Source of the DNA: Acidimicrobiales bacterium
Lineage (GTDB): Bacteria > Actinomycetota > Acidimicrobiia > Acidimicrobiales > Aldehydirespiratoraceae
Direction: 5' to 3'
Assembly: GCA_965116665.1 (NCBI GenBank)
Contig: OZ220709.1
Location: forward strand, 3,051,486 to 3,115,485
DNA length: 64,000 bases
A program made the position numbers and the translations under genes. Under the pieces are notes generated by a model. It was not told the origin of the DNA. It saw only the letters and a list, made by a program, of their open reading frames with translations, and made no database searches. This document shows positions 37,542 to 46,934 of the stretch, piece after piece; positions within the stretch are counted from its first letter, which is position 1, and every line of letters starts with the position of its first letter.

Positions 37542-38840
37542 ATGGTAAGTGCCGATGCCAACCGGGTGCTCACTGAGTCCGGCCCCGGGACGCCCGGGGG
37601 CCACATCCTGCGCCAGTACTGGCAACCGGCGGCGCTGACCGAGGAGCTGGCAGACGATCGTCCGCTCGTGCCGGTGACGTTGATGAACGAGAAGCTGGTG
37701 CTGTTCACCGACGAGTTGGGCCGGCTCGGGCTTCTCGGTCGCCGCTGCCCGCACCGAGGCGTCGACCTGAGCTTCGGGCGGCTGGAGGACGGGGGTCTGC
37801 GCTGCCCATTCCATGGCTGGCTGCTCGACGTCGACGGGGCCTGTCTCGAGACGCCGACCGAGCCGGAGACCAGCCGGTTACGCGAGCGGATCCGCCATCG
37901 CAGCTACCCGGTGCAGGAGCGGAACGGCATCGTGTGGGCGTATCTCGGCGGAGGAGAGCCGCCACCCCTGCCCGGATTCGATTGCCTCATCGCACCCCAG
38001 ACGCATGTGTTCACGTTCAAGGGCTTGTGGGACGCCAATTGGGTGCAAGCGCAAGAGGTGGGCGTCGATCCTTCCCATGCCGGTTTCCTCCATCGGTTCC
38101 TGGACGACGACTCCGAGCAGTACGGACGGCAGTTCCGCGGCCTGGTCGCCGACACCGGGGTGACCGTCGCCAAGTTGATGCGCGAGGCCTCGCACCCCAC
38201 CATCGTGGCCGAACCGACCTCGTTCGGTTTTCGGATGCGGACGACACGCGACTTCCGGGGCGAGTTCACCCACGTCCGGATCTCGTACTGCATCTTTCCC
38301 AATGCCATCACGATCCCCATGAGCCGGGAGATGAGCATCACCCAGTGGCACGTCCCGATCGATGATCAAAGCAGTTACTGGTACTCGATGTTCGTCAGCT
38401 TCGATGAGCCGGTCGATGCCGACCTGATGAGAGAGCAGCGGATAACGGCGGTGACGCTGCCCGAGTACCGGCCGATCCACGGGCGGTTCGACCAGTGGGG
38501 GTATGACCCCGAGGAGCAGCGGACGCAGACCTTCACCGGGATGGGCAGCGACATCAACGTCCACGACCAGTGGGCAGTGGAATCGCAGGGATCGATCTAC
38601 GATCGGGCCGAGGAGCACCTCGGGCCGACCGACGTCGGCGTCCGCACCCACCGACGCTGGTTTCTGACCACCGCTGCCGATCCATCGCCGTCCAACCTGC
38701 TGGGGCGCGACAACCCCGTGTCCGGTCCTGGCGCGATCGACGCGGTCACCACCGGCCAGGACTTCGATGCAGCATGGAAGGACCGTGACACCGCCCGGCG
38801 CGCCGCGTCGGCCTGGGCCCCGCCCCTGGCCTACGACTGA
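37542..38840 (+). CDS. Rieske [2Fe-2S] non-heme-iron oxygenase, alpha subunit (phthalate/KshA/GbcA-like class)
   Basis: 432 aa with the Rieske motif CPHRGVDLSFGRLEDGGLRCPFHGW and a DPSHAGFLH iron site. AGGAG RBS. Confidence 0.85.
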   Translation: MVSADANRVLTESGPGTPGGHILRQYWQPAALTEELADDRPLVPVTLMNEKLVLFTDELGRLGLLGRRCPHRGVDLSFGRLEDGGLRCPFHGWLLDVDGACLETPTEPETSRLRERIRHRSYPVQERNGIVWAYLGGGEPPPLPGFDCLIAPQTHVFTFKGLWDANWVQAQEVGVDPSHAGFLHRFLDDDSEQYGRQFRGLVADTGVTVAKLMREASHPTIVAEPTSFGFRMRTTRDFRGEFTHVRISYCIFPNAITIPMSREMSITQWHVPIDDQSSYWYSMFVSFDEPVDADLMREQRITAVTLPEYRPIHGRFDQWGYDPEEQRTQTFTGMGSDINVHDQWAVESQGSIYDRAEEHLGPTDVGVRTHRRWFLTTAADPSPSNLLGRDNPVSGPGAIDAVTTGQDFDAAWKDRDTARRAASAWAPPLAYD

Positions 38841-38865
38841 CCGCGAGCGACCTCGCGGACCGGGA

Positions 38866-40125
38866 CTAGAAGACCTTCACCGGCAGGGTCTTGACGCCGA
38901 GGATCAGGTTGGACCGGAGCCGGGCGATATCGCCGGCCAACTTGAAGTGGTCGACCCGGTCGAGGAGTTCCTCGAAGACGAGGCGGACCTCCATCCGGGC
39001 CAACCAGGCGCCGAGGCAGAAATGGGGGCCGTTGCGGCCGAACGCCATGTGGTCGTTGAAGGATCGGGCGAGGTCGAAGCGGAACGGCCGCTCGAACGCC
39101 TCCTCGTCGTGGTTGGCCGAGATGAACCAGATTATGACCTTGTCACCGGCCTTGATTCTGCGGCCCCCGAGGGTGGTGTCGACGGTGGCGGTGCGGCGCA
39201 TGTGACCGGTGGCCGTGGTCGTCCGCAGTATCTCCTCGACCGCGGTCTCGGTCAGGGACCGGTCGTCCTGCCAGGCCTTCCACAACGACGGGTGCTCGAT
39301 GAGCGTCAGCATCGCCGACGTCATCGTGTAGCGGGTGGTGTCGTTCCCGGCAATTATCAGCAGCGTGAAGAAGTTCTTGAACTCCAGGTCGGTCAGCGGA
39401 TCGCCGTCGGTGGTGGGGGCCAGCAGTTGGGCGATGACGTCGTCGCGGTCCTCCCGGCGTCGCAGCTCGGCCTCGACCTCGGCGTACTCGAACAGCTCGA
39501 GCGCGGCCGGGCTGCGGAACGGGAGCAGCCGGAATGCCTCGGTGTCGGTGAAGCCCACCGGATGATCGGTGAAGTCCGGGTCGGTATTGGAGAGCAGGGC
39601 GTCACCGAGCTCGACCAGGCGTCGCCCGTCGTCGCGGATCCCGAGCAGTTGGCCCAGCATCCGCATCGGCAGTTCCTTGGCAATGTCGGTGACGAAGTCG
39701 AACTCGTCGCGTTCGAGCGCCTCCTCGATCACGTCCACGGCCAGTTTCCGGATCGGCTCCTCGAACCCCTCGACCGTGCGTCGGGTGAATCCCCGACTGA
39801 GCAGCCGCCGGAGCCGGGTGTGCTCCGGCGGATCCGTCTCGATCATCGAGCGCCGAACTGCAAGCTCGTCCGGGGCCAGCTGGTCCATGCTGATGCCTTG
39901 GGCCGAGCTGAACCGCTCGACGTCCCGGCTGACGTTGAGCGCATCGTGGTAGCGGGTCACCGACCAGAACCCTGCGCCGTCCTTCTGGTCGCACCATGCG
40001 ACCGGGTCCTCGGCTCGCATTCGCTGGAACGTGGCGTGGGGAACGACTGTGGTGAAGGAGTCGTGGTCGCTCAGGTTTGCGTCGGCCGCGCCCAGGTCGG
40101 ATAGGTACGGTTCGACCCAGGTCAT
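38866..40125 (-). CDS. Cytochrome P450 (paralogue 3, close to paralogue 1)
   Basis: 419 aa from ATG 40125 with IAGNDTT, EEILR and FGRNGPHFCLG. Colinear with the P450 at 10749-12029. Confidence 0.9.
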   Translation of the reverse strand: MTWVEPYLSDLGAADANLSDHDSFTTVVPHATFQRMRAEDPVAWCDQKDGAGFWSVTRYHDALNVSRDVERFSSAQGISMDQLAPDELAVRRSMIETDPPEHTRLRRLLSRGFTRRTVEGFEEPIRKLAVDVIEEALERDEFDFVTDIAKELPMRMLGQLLGIRDDGRRLVELGDALLSNTDPDFTDHPVGFTDTEAFRLLPFRSPAALELFEYAEVEAELRRREDRDDVIAQLLAPTTDGDPLTDLEFKNFFTLLIIAGNDTTRYTMTSAMLTLIEHPSLWKAWQDDRSLTETAVEEILRTTTATGHMRRTATVDTTLGGRRIKAGDKVIIWFISANHDEEAFERPFRFDLARSFNDHMAFGRNGPHFCLGAWLARMEVRLVFEELLDRVDHFKLAGDIARLRSNLILGVKTLPVKVF

Positions 40126-40231
40126 GAGCGGAGCGTAGACCGGGACAATTATTCGAACAAATGGACCCGTGTGGCCCGATGACCTACGGTGACTCAAGTT
40201 GACCGCTCTATCGAGAACAGGATATATCAAC

Positions 40232-41710
40232 ATGGGTGGGAATATCATAGACGATCATGGCTTGTGGTCCGACGATCAGAGAGCCCAGGCGGCCGCGATC
40301 CGATCGCAGATCGAGGCCGACGGGTTGGAGGCGGTCCGGGTGTCGTGGCCCGATCAGCACGGGCTCCTGAGAGGCAAGTCGCTGTCGATCCCCGCCTTCG
40401 AGGCGGCGTTGCGGGGCGGCAGCGAGATCTCGATGGCCCCGTTCTCGCTCGACCCGGCCAACTCGATCGTGTTCAACCCTTTCATGGCCGGAGGCGGCTT
40501 CGGGGTCGACGAGCTGAGCGGGGTTCCCAACGTCACGATGGTGCCCGACCCGTCCACATTCCGGGTCCTGCCCTGGGCCCCGGGGACGGGCTGGATCCTG
40601 GCCGACCTCCACTACCGGGATGGTCGACCGTTCCCCCTGTCGCCAAGGGGGATCCTGAAGGCGTCTCTCGGGCGGCTGGCCGAGCGAGGCTACGGGTACG
40701 TGGCCGGTCTCGAGGTGGAGTGGTATCTCACCAGGATCGTCGACCCGTCTCTCGATCCGGCGGGGCTCGGCGCTCCGGGCATGCCGCCCAACCCGCCGGA
40801 GGTGATGCCGGTGGCCACCGGCTACTCCTACCTGCTCGAGAACCACCTCGACGAGGTGGACCACGTGCTCTCGGTGCTTCGCAGCCACCTGCTCTCGGTC
40901 GGGCTCCCGCTGCGAACGCTCGAGGACGAGTGGGCGCCAAGCCAGATCGAGACGACTTTCGACGTCCTTCGAGGACTGGAACCGGCGGATGCCATGGTGC
41001 TCTTCCGGACAGCGACCAAGCAGATCTGTCGCCGGATGGGCCACCTCGCCTCCTTCATGTGCAAGCCAGCCATCCCCAGCTTCTACCCATCCGGCTGGCA
41101 TCTCCACCAGTCGCTGACGAGTCTCGACACCGGAGAGAACGTCTTCGTCCCCAGCGGTGATGCGCCGCTGTCCGACGTGGGTCGCCACTATGTTGCCGGG
41201 ATCCTGGCCCACGGGTCGGCGGCGTCGAGCTTCACGACGCCGACGGTCAACGGCTACCGGCGCAACCGGCCGTACTCCCTCGCCCCGGACCGGGCAGCGT
41301 GGGCGTTCGACAACCGGGCGGCGATGGTGCGCGTCATCTCCAGCCCCGGGGACCCGGCGAGCCACATCGAGAACCGGGTCGGCGAGCCGGCCGCCAACCC
41401 CTACCTGTACATGGCCAGCCAGATCGAAGCCGGCCTGGCCGGGATCGAGCAGGAACTCGACCCCGGGCCGATGGAGATCGAGCCCTACGCCGCCCAGGTC
41501 GAGCAGCTCCCCACCAACCTGGGCGCTGCCCTGGACGCCCTCGAGAACGACGGCGTCTACCGCTCGGCGTTCGGCGACCAGTTCCTTGACTACTGGCTCA
41601 CGCTCAAGCGCTTCGAGTTCAACCGCTTCGTCGAGGCCAGCGGCGCCGATGCCGTCGACTCCGACGACGTGACCGACTGGGAGCACCGCGAGTACTTCGC
41701 CCTGATGTAA
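40232..41710 (+). CDS. Glutamine synthetase family protein (second GS-like ligase)
   Basis: 492 aa from ATG 40232 (alternative TTG 40199) with VSWPDQHGLLRGKS, EDEWAPSQIETTF, NGYRR and NRAAMVRV...HIENR. Confidence 0.8.
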   Translation: MGGNIIDDHGLWSDDQRAQAAAIRSQIEADGLEAVRVSWPDQHGLLRGKSLSIPAFEAALRGGSEISMAPFSLDPANSIVFNPFMAGGGFGVDELSGVPNVTMVPDPSTFRVLPWAPGTGWILADLHYRDGRPFPLSPRGILKASLGRLAERGYGYVAGLEVEWYLTRIVDPSLDPAGLGAPGMPPNPPEVMPVATGYSYLLENHLDEVDHVLSVLRSHLLSVGLPLRTLEDEWAPSQIETTFDVLRGLEPADAMVLFRTATKQICRRMGHLASFMCKPAIPSFYPSGWHLHQSLTSLDTGENVFVPSGDAPLSDVGRHYVAGILAHGSAASSFTTPTVNGYRRNRPYSLAPDRAAWAFDNRAAMVRVISSPGDPASHIENRVGEPAANPYLYMASQIEAGLAGIEQELDPGPMEIEPYAAQVEQLPTNLGAALDALENDGVYRSAFGDQFLDYWLTLKRFEFNRFVEASGADAVDSDDVTDWEHREYFALM

Positions 41711-41772
41711 GACGGCGGGCGATGTAGTCTGATGGCTAGCGCCAGGAGGGGACCGGCGAGAGGATCAATCCT

Positions 41773-44172
41773 GTGACCACGGTTGCACTGGACAGCAAGA
41801 AACCCACAACCAGCAAGCGATATACAACCGGTAGCGAAGATGAGGTCAAGTCCGTCATCTGCGCGAGCTGCGACGGTTTCTGTCCCGTCTCGGTCAAGGT
41901 CAGGGACGACCGCGTGGTCAAGGTCACCTCACGCGACACGCCGATCCTGGAGGGCGTGCTGTGCATGAAGGGGGCGTATGCACCGAAGTCGTTCGCCCAC
42001 CCGGACCGGCTCATGCGGCCCCTCAAGCGGGTCGGTGAGCGGGGCGGGGGCCAGTGGCAGGAGGTCAGCTGGGACGACGCCCTCGACGACATCGCCGCCC
42101 GCTTGACGGCCGTGGTCGAGCGCTACGGGCCAGAGGCGTTCGCCATGGCCACCTCCGACGCCAACATCGGGCTCGACAACGGGTTGAGCCGGCGGTTCAT
42201 GAACCACCTCGGCTCCCCCAACTGGATCGGCGGTGTCGCCTACTGCATGGGCAACACCGCAGCCGTCAATCGGCTGGTGTACGGCTGGTACCCCCGCAGC
42301 GACCTGGCGCACACAGACTGTATCGTGCTGATGGGCCACGACCCCCGCCGACACAGCTGGACGTTGGAGCACAAGATGATCCGGATGGCCCAGGCGCGGG
42401 GGGCGAAGCTCATCGTCATCGACCCCAGGCGCAGCGGCAACGCCGATCTGGCTGACCTGTGGCTCCCCGTCCGTGCGGGCACCGACACCGCGCTCCTCTT
42501 CGGCTGGCTCAACGTGATCATCGAGGAGGGTCTCTACGACGCCGACTTCGTCCGTGACTGGACCGTCGGCTTCGACCAGTTCGCCGAGAGGATCCGCCAG
42601 TTCCCGGTCTCGCGGGTGGCCGATATCACCGGCCTCGCCCCCGAACTCATCGTCGAGTCTGCTCGCATGTACGCCACCAGCAAGAGCGCCTGCTTCCCGT
42701 GGACGCCGATCACCGACCAGCTGATCAACAGCACCTCGGCCATCCGGCTCCAGTGCTCCCTGCGGGCAATCACCGGCAACCTCGACGCCAAGGGAGGCGA
42801 AGTCTTCGCCGGCTTCAACCCGGCGGTCAGGTCCGACACCGAGATCGAGATGCACGACATGCTCCCGCAGGAGCAGAAGGACAAGCAGCTCGGCGCCCAG
42901 GATCACCCCGCATTCACCTACCGGGCCCAGATGGCTCTGAACGAGCCGACCCTGCGGGTGTGGGGCCACAAGTGGGCGAACCTGGTGAGCGGGTGCTACA
43001 TGGCCAACCCGATGGCAGTGTTCAAGGCCATGGCCGAGGGTGATCCCTACCCCGTGAAGGCGTTCTTCGCGCTGGCCAACAACACCTTGATGTCGTTCGC
43101 CAACACCAAGCGGATCTACGACGGACTCATGGCCCAGGACCTCCTCGTGGCGTACGAGCACGCCATGACTCCCACCGCGCAGATTTCCGACTACGTGCTC
43201 CCGGGAGACTCCTGGCTCGAGCGGCCCGGCTTGCTGGCCGGCATCAGCGAGCAGGCGATGGAACCCCCCGGCGAGTGCAAGAGCGTCGTCTACTTCTGGC
43301 ACGGGTTGGCCCAGCGCATGGGCATGGGTGAGGTGTTCCCGTGGCAGACGGGCGAGGAGTTCCTCGACTATCGAGTCGAGCCGAGCGGTCAGGCCTTTGC
43401 CGACATCGTGGCGGCAGGACGCTTTCCGAGCCCCGACCCCGAGCCGGCACCAGCAAGCACAGAGCGCAAGTACCTGACGACGGGCTTCGCCACCCCGTCG
43501 GGCAAGGTCGAGCTGTACTCGTCCATCTTGGAGGATCTCGGTTTCGATCCGCTTCCCTACTACCGGGAGTCGCCACCGTCCACCGACGAGTACCCGATGC
43601 AGATGTTCATCGGGCTTCCCGACGACGAGTACTACCGCACCGGTCAGCGTCACGTCCCGGAGTTCCGCAAGCGGGCCAAGGACCCGACGCTCTACCTGTC
43701 GGCCGCCGACGCCACTTCGCTCGGTGTCGACGAGGGGGACTGGGCCCGGGTTACGACCTCGATCGGGACCATGGTCGGCCGGGTGTTCATCCGCTCGACC
43801 ATGCCTGACGGCCTCGTCCGGGTCCCCCACGGCTGGTGGAAGCCGGAGTCACGCCGGGGACTGGAGAACATGTCGGGCATGTGGGACTTCTCCGACGCCC
43901 AGCTCACATCGGACGATGACCCCGACTTCATCGACTGGGAGCAGGGCATCCCCCAGTTCAAGGGCGTTCCCTGCAGGATCGACGGGTTGGCCGACGACGA
44001 GGTGGTCCGGCTGGAAGCTGAGTACGGACCGACCGAGCACCTGCCCAAGGGCCCGGAGGGGACCAAGACGCGACCGGTCAAGCTTCCCGAGTTCCTCGAC
44101 GAGCACGAGATGTCCTTCGACGTGGAGTTCGAGGCCGTGGAGCTGTCCATATACGGCCGCATCACTCTCTAG
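41773..44172 (+). CDS. Molybdopterin (Mo-bisPGD) oxidoreductase, DMSO reductase/formate dehydrogenase superfamily
   Basis: 799 aa with an N-terminal 4Fe-4S motif (CASCDGFCPV...LCMKG), then molybdopterin and C-terminal beta-barrel domains. No Tat signal is visible. Confidence 0.85.
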   Translation: MTTVALDSKKPTTSKRYTTGSEDEVKSVICASCDGFCPVSVKVRDDRVVKVTSRDTPILEGVLCMKGAYAPKSFAHPDRLMRPLKRVGERGGGQWQEVSWDDALDDIAARLTAVVERYGPEAFAMATSDANIGLDNGLSRRFMNHLGSPNWIGGVAYCMGNTAAVNRLVYGWYPRSDLAHTDCIVLMGHDPRRHSWTLEHKMIRMAQARGAKLIVIDPRRSGNADLADLWLPVRAGTDTALLFGWLNVIIEEGLYDADFVRDWTVGFDQFAERIRQFPVSRVADITGLAPELIVESARMYATSKSACFPWTPITDQLINSTSAIRLQCSLRAITGNLDAKGGEVFAGFNPAVRSDTEIEMHDMLPQEQKDKQLGAQDHPAFTYRAQMALNEPTLRVWGHKWANLVSGCYMANPMAVFKAMAEGDPYPVKAFFALANNTLMSFANTKRIYDGLMAQDLLVAYEHAMTPTAQISDYVLPGDSWLERPGLLAGISEQAMEPPGECKSVVYFWHGLAQRMGMGEVFPWQTGEEFLDYRVEPSGQAFADIVAAGRFPSPDPEPAPASTERKYLTTGFATPSGKVELYSSILEDLGFDPLPYYRESPPSTDEYPMQMFIGLPDDEYYRTGQRHVPEFRKRAKDPTLYLSAADATSLGVDEGDWARVTTSIGTMVGRVFIRSTMPDGLVRVPHGWWKPESRRGLENMSGMWDFSDAQLTSDDDPDFIDWEQGIPQFKGVPCRIDGLADDEVVRLEAEYGPTEHLPKGPEGTKTRPVKLPEFLDEHEMSFDVEFEAVELSIYGRITL

Positions 44173-44229
44173 GGCCCCGTCAGCCGTCTGCGGCCACACC
44201 AACCCCGGCTCCCGCTCCCTAGACAACCC

Positions 44230-44625
44230 ATGCCTCACATCATCATCGAATACTCGGCCAATCTGGCCGACCTCATCGACACCGACGAGCTGGTGAGCAC
44301 GGTGCACGCCGCCGCCCTCGACGACGGGCTCCCCGCCCTGGCCGGGTTGCGCACCCGGGCCGCGCCCCGCGACCACTACCGGATCGCCGACGGCGACCCC
44401 TCCTACGGGTTCGTGTCCCTGACAGCCCGCATCGGACCCGGCCGGGAACCGGAGGCAGTCCAGCGTTTCCTGAGGAGGCTCATCGATACCGTCGACGAGG
44501 TTCTGGCCCCGATCCAGCCCGACCATCCGGTCGCGATCAGCGCCGAGGTCCAGTTGATCGACCCGGCGTTGCGCATCAACCGCAACCACGTCCGTACCCA
44601 TCTCGCCCGGTCCGGCGGCCAATAG
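44230..44625 (+). CDS. 5-carboxymethyl-2-hydroxymuconate isomerase (tautomerase superfamily)
   Basis: 131 aa with the MPHIIIEYSANL N-terminus (catalytic Pro1 after Met removal). Confidence 0.8.
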   Translation: MPHIIIEYSANLADLIDTDELVSTVHAAALDDGLPALAGLRTRAAPRDHYRIADGDPSYGFVSLTARIGPGREPEAVQRFLRRLIDTVDEVLAPIQPDHPVAISAEVQLIDPALRINRNHVRTHLARSGGQ

Positions 44626-44652
44626 CCTCCCGAGCCTCCCGACGGCGCGGGT

Positions 44653-46875
44653 TCAGATCTTCTCCAGCGGGGCCCACGACAGCAGCAGGCGCTTCTCGCC
44701 GACACTGCCGAAGCGCACCGACGCCTCGGCTTCGTCCCCGGCACCGGCGATGTCGATGATCACGCCCTCCCCCCACTGGGAATGGCGGACATCGTCGCCC
44801 ACCCTGAGGCCGAGACGGTCGGCGCCCGAGGGCGACGGCCTCGCCCGCCGGCCCGCCTCCAGGGCCCGGTCCACGATCTCGTCACGGTTGGCCGAGGCCC
44901 GGTCGAGGCTGCGCTCGCGCCGGCTACGGCTGTAGTAACGGCCGCGCACCACCCGGGAGCCGTCCACCGTCTGCACCAGTTCGTCGGGGATCTCCTTGAG
45001 GAAGCGGCTGGGCGGGTTGTACTGGCGACTGCCGTACAGCAGCCGGCTCCAGGCATGGGTAACGGTCAGCCGCCGCATGGCTCGCGTGATCCCGACGTAG
45101 GCAAGGCGGCGCTCCTCCTCCAGCTCGTGGGGCTCGGTCAGGGCCCGGATGTGGGGGAATACGCCGTCCTCCATGCCGATCATGTACACGTCGGGGTACT
45201 CGAGGCCCTTAGCCGAGTGCAGCGTCATGAGCGTGACCGCGGACTCGTCGGAGCCTGCGTCGGAGAGGTCGTCGGTGTCGGCCACCAGCGCTACCGCCTC
45301 GAGGAAGTCGTCGAGGGTGTCGTGCTCGCCGGCCACGCCCACCAGCTCGGCCAGGTTCTCGAGACGGCCGTCGGCCTCGACGGACTTCTCCGAGCGCAGC
45401 TCGTCGAGGTAACCGGAGCGCTCCAGCAGCTCCTGAAGCACGGCCGCCGGGGATGCCTGCAGGGAGGCGACGTCATCGATCAACGCGCAGAACTGGCCGA
45501 CGCCCGCCGCGGCTCGTCCGGTGACGCCGGCTTCGGCGCAGTGGCGGAGGGCGTCGTAGAAGGTGAGACCCTGCTCGGCGGCATGGGCATCGATCTTGGC
45601 CACCGAGGTGGCGCCCACGCCCCGCTTGGGAACCCCCATGGCCCGCTTCACGCTCACCTCGTCGCCCGGGTTGGTCACCGCCTTGAGGTAGGCCAGGGCG
45701 TCGCGCACCTCCCGGCGGTCATAGAAGCGGGTGCCACCTACCAGCCGGTAGGGCACCTCAGCCTTGATCAGCTGCTCCTCCACCGCTCTCGACTGGGCGT
45801 TGGTGCGGTAGAAGACGGCCATCTCCTCGAAGCGCATCTGCTCCTCGGCACCGCGTCTGACGATCTCACTGACCACGTAGCGGGCCTCGTCGGCCTCGTC
45901 GTCGGCGTGGTAGCGCACGATGGAGGGTCCCGACCCCTGGTCGGTCCAGAGGTCCTTGGGCTTGCGGCCGGCGTTGTTGACGATCACCGAGTTGGCCGCG
46001 TCGAGAATGTTCTGGGTGCTGCGGTAGTTCCGCTCCAGGACCACTATTCGCACGTCGTCGAAGGCCCGCTCGAACTCCAGGATGTTGCGGATGTCGGCGC
46101 CACGGAAGGCATAGATCGACTGATCGGCGTCGCCCACCGCGGTCACCTGGCGGCTCTCGGCGCCCAGGCTGATCACCAGTTCGTTCTGCACCGGATTGGT
46201 GTCCTGGTACTCGTCCACCAGCACATGGGCGAAGCGCTGGCGCCAGCGCTCGAGCACCTCCGGGCAGTTCCGGAACAGCTCGACGGTGCGCAGCAGCAGG
46301 TCGTCGAAGTCCATGGCCGCGGCCGCGGCCAGCCGGCGCTGGTAGTGGCCGAATACCTCGGCTATGCGGCGTTCGTAGATGTTGGAGGCCCGCTCGGCGT
46401 ACTCGGCCGCACCGATGTTGTCGTTCTTGGCCGCGGAGATCGTGGCGTGGATCGACCGGGGCGGGAAGCGCTTGTGGTCAAGGTTGAGGTCGCGCAGCAC
46501 ATAGCCGCACAGGCGTACCGCGTCGCCCTGGTCGTAGATGGTGAACCGGCTCGGGTAGTCGATGTAGGCCGCGTCGCGGCGCAGGATGCGCACGCAGGCG
46601 GCGTGGAACGTCGACACCCACATGCTCTCGGCCACGGGACCGACCAGGTTGCCGACCCGGTGCCGCATCTCGCCCGCGGCCTTGTTTGTGAAGGTGATGG
46701 CCAGGATCTCGAACGGCGACAGGCCGTGGTGATCGATCAGGTGCGCGATGCGGTGGGTGAGCACCCTGGTCTTGCCCGACCCCGCCCCGGCCACCACCAG
46801 CAGCGGCCCGCCGGTGTGGGTGACCGCCTCGAGCTGGGCCGTGTTGAGGTCCTCCAGAATCGCCGATTCCGCCAT
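44653..46875 (-). CDS. pcrA: ATP-dependent DNA helicase PcrA/UvrD
   Basis: 740 aa with AGAGSGKT, ITFTNKAA, VDEYQDTN and TLHSAKGLEY. Confidence 0.95.
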   Translation of the reverse strand: MAESAILEDLNTAQLEAVTHTGGPLLVVAGAGSGKTRVLTHRIAHLIDHHGLSPFEILAITFTNKAAGEMRHRVGNLVGPVAESMWVSTFHAACVRILRRDAAYIDYPSRFTIYDQGDAVRLCGYVLRDLNLDHKRFPPRSIHATISAAKNDNIGAAEYAERASNIYERRIAEVFGHYQRRLAAAAAMDFDDLLLRTVELFRNCPEVLERWRQRFAHVLVDEYQDTNPVQNELVISLGAESRQVTAVGDADQSIYAFRGADIRNILEFERAFDDVRIVVLERNYRSTQNILDAANSVIVNNAGRKPKDLWTDQGSGPSIVRYHADDEADEARYVVSEIVRRGAEEQMRFEEMAVFYRTNAQSRAVEEQLIKAEVPYRLVGGTRFYDRREVRDALAYLKAVTNPGDEVSVKRAMGVPKRGVGATSVAKIDAHAAEQGLTFYDALRHCAEAGVTGRAAAGVGQFCALIDDVASLQASPAAVLQELLERSGYLDELRSEKSVEADGRLENLAELVGVAGEHDTLDDFLEAVALVADTDDLSDAGSDESAVTLMTLHSAKGLEYPDVYMIGMEDGVFPHIRALTEPHELEEERRLAYVGITRAMRRLTVTHAWSRLLYGSRQYNPPSRFLKEIPDELVQTVDGSRVVRGRYYSRSRRERSLDRASANRDEIVDRALEAGRRARPSPSGADRLGLRVGDDVRHSQWGEGVIIDIAGAGDEAEASVRFGSVGEKRLLLSWAPLEKI

Positions 46876-46934
46876 CGCGGCTCACCCTACTGCCGCCCGC
46901 TGCCGCCCCTCACCGACGGGGTGGTCGTCAGCTG

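Noticed and set aside
36216-37814. N-terminal 530-codon extension of the sucC ORF (the 926-aa version)
   Set aside because: SucC homology begins at GTG 36215. The extension overlaps two well-supported plus-strand genes (36237-36704, alaX) and part of the Rieske gene.
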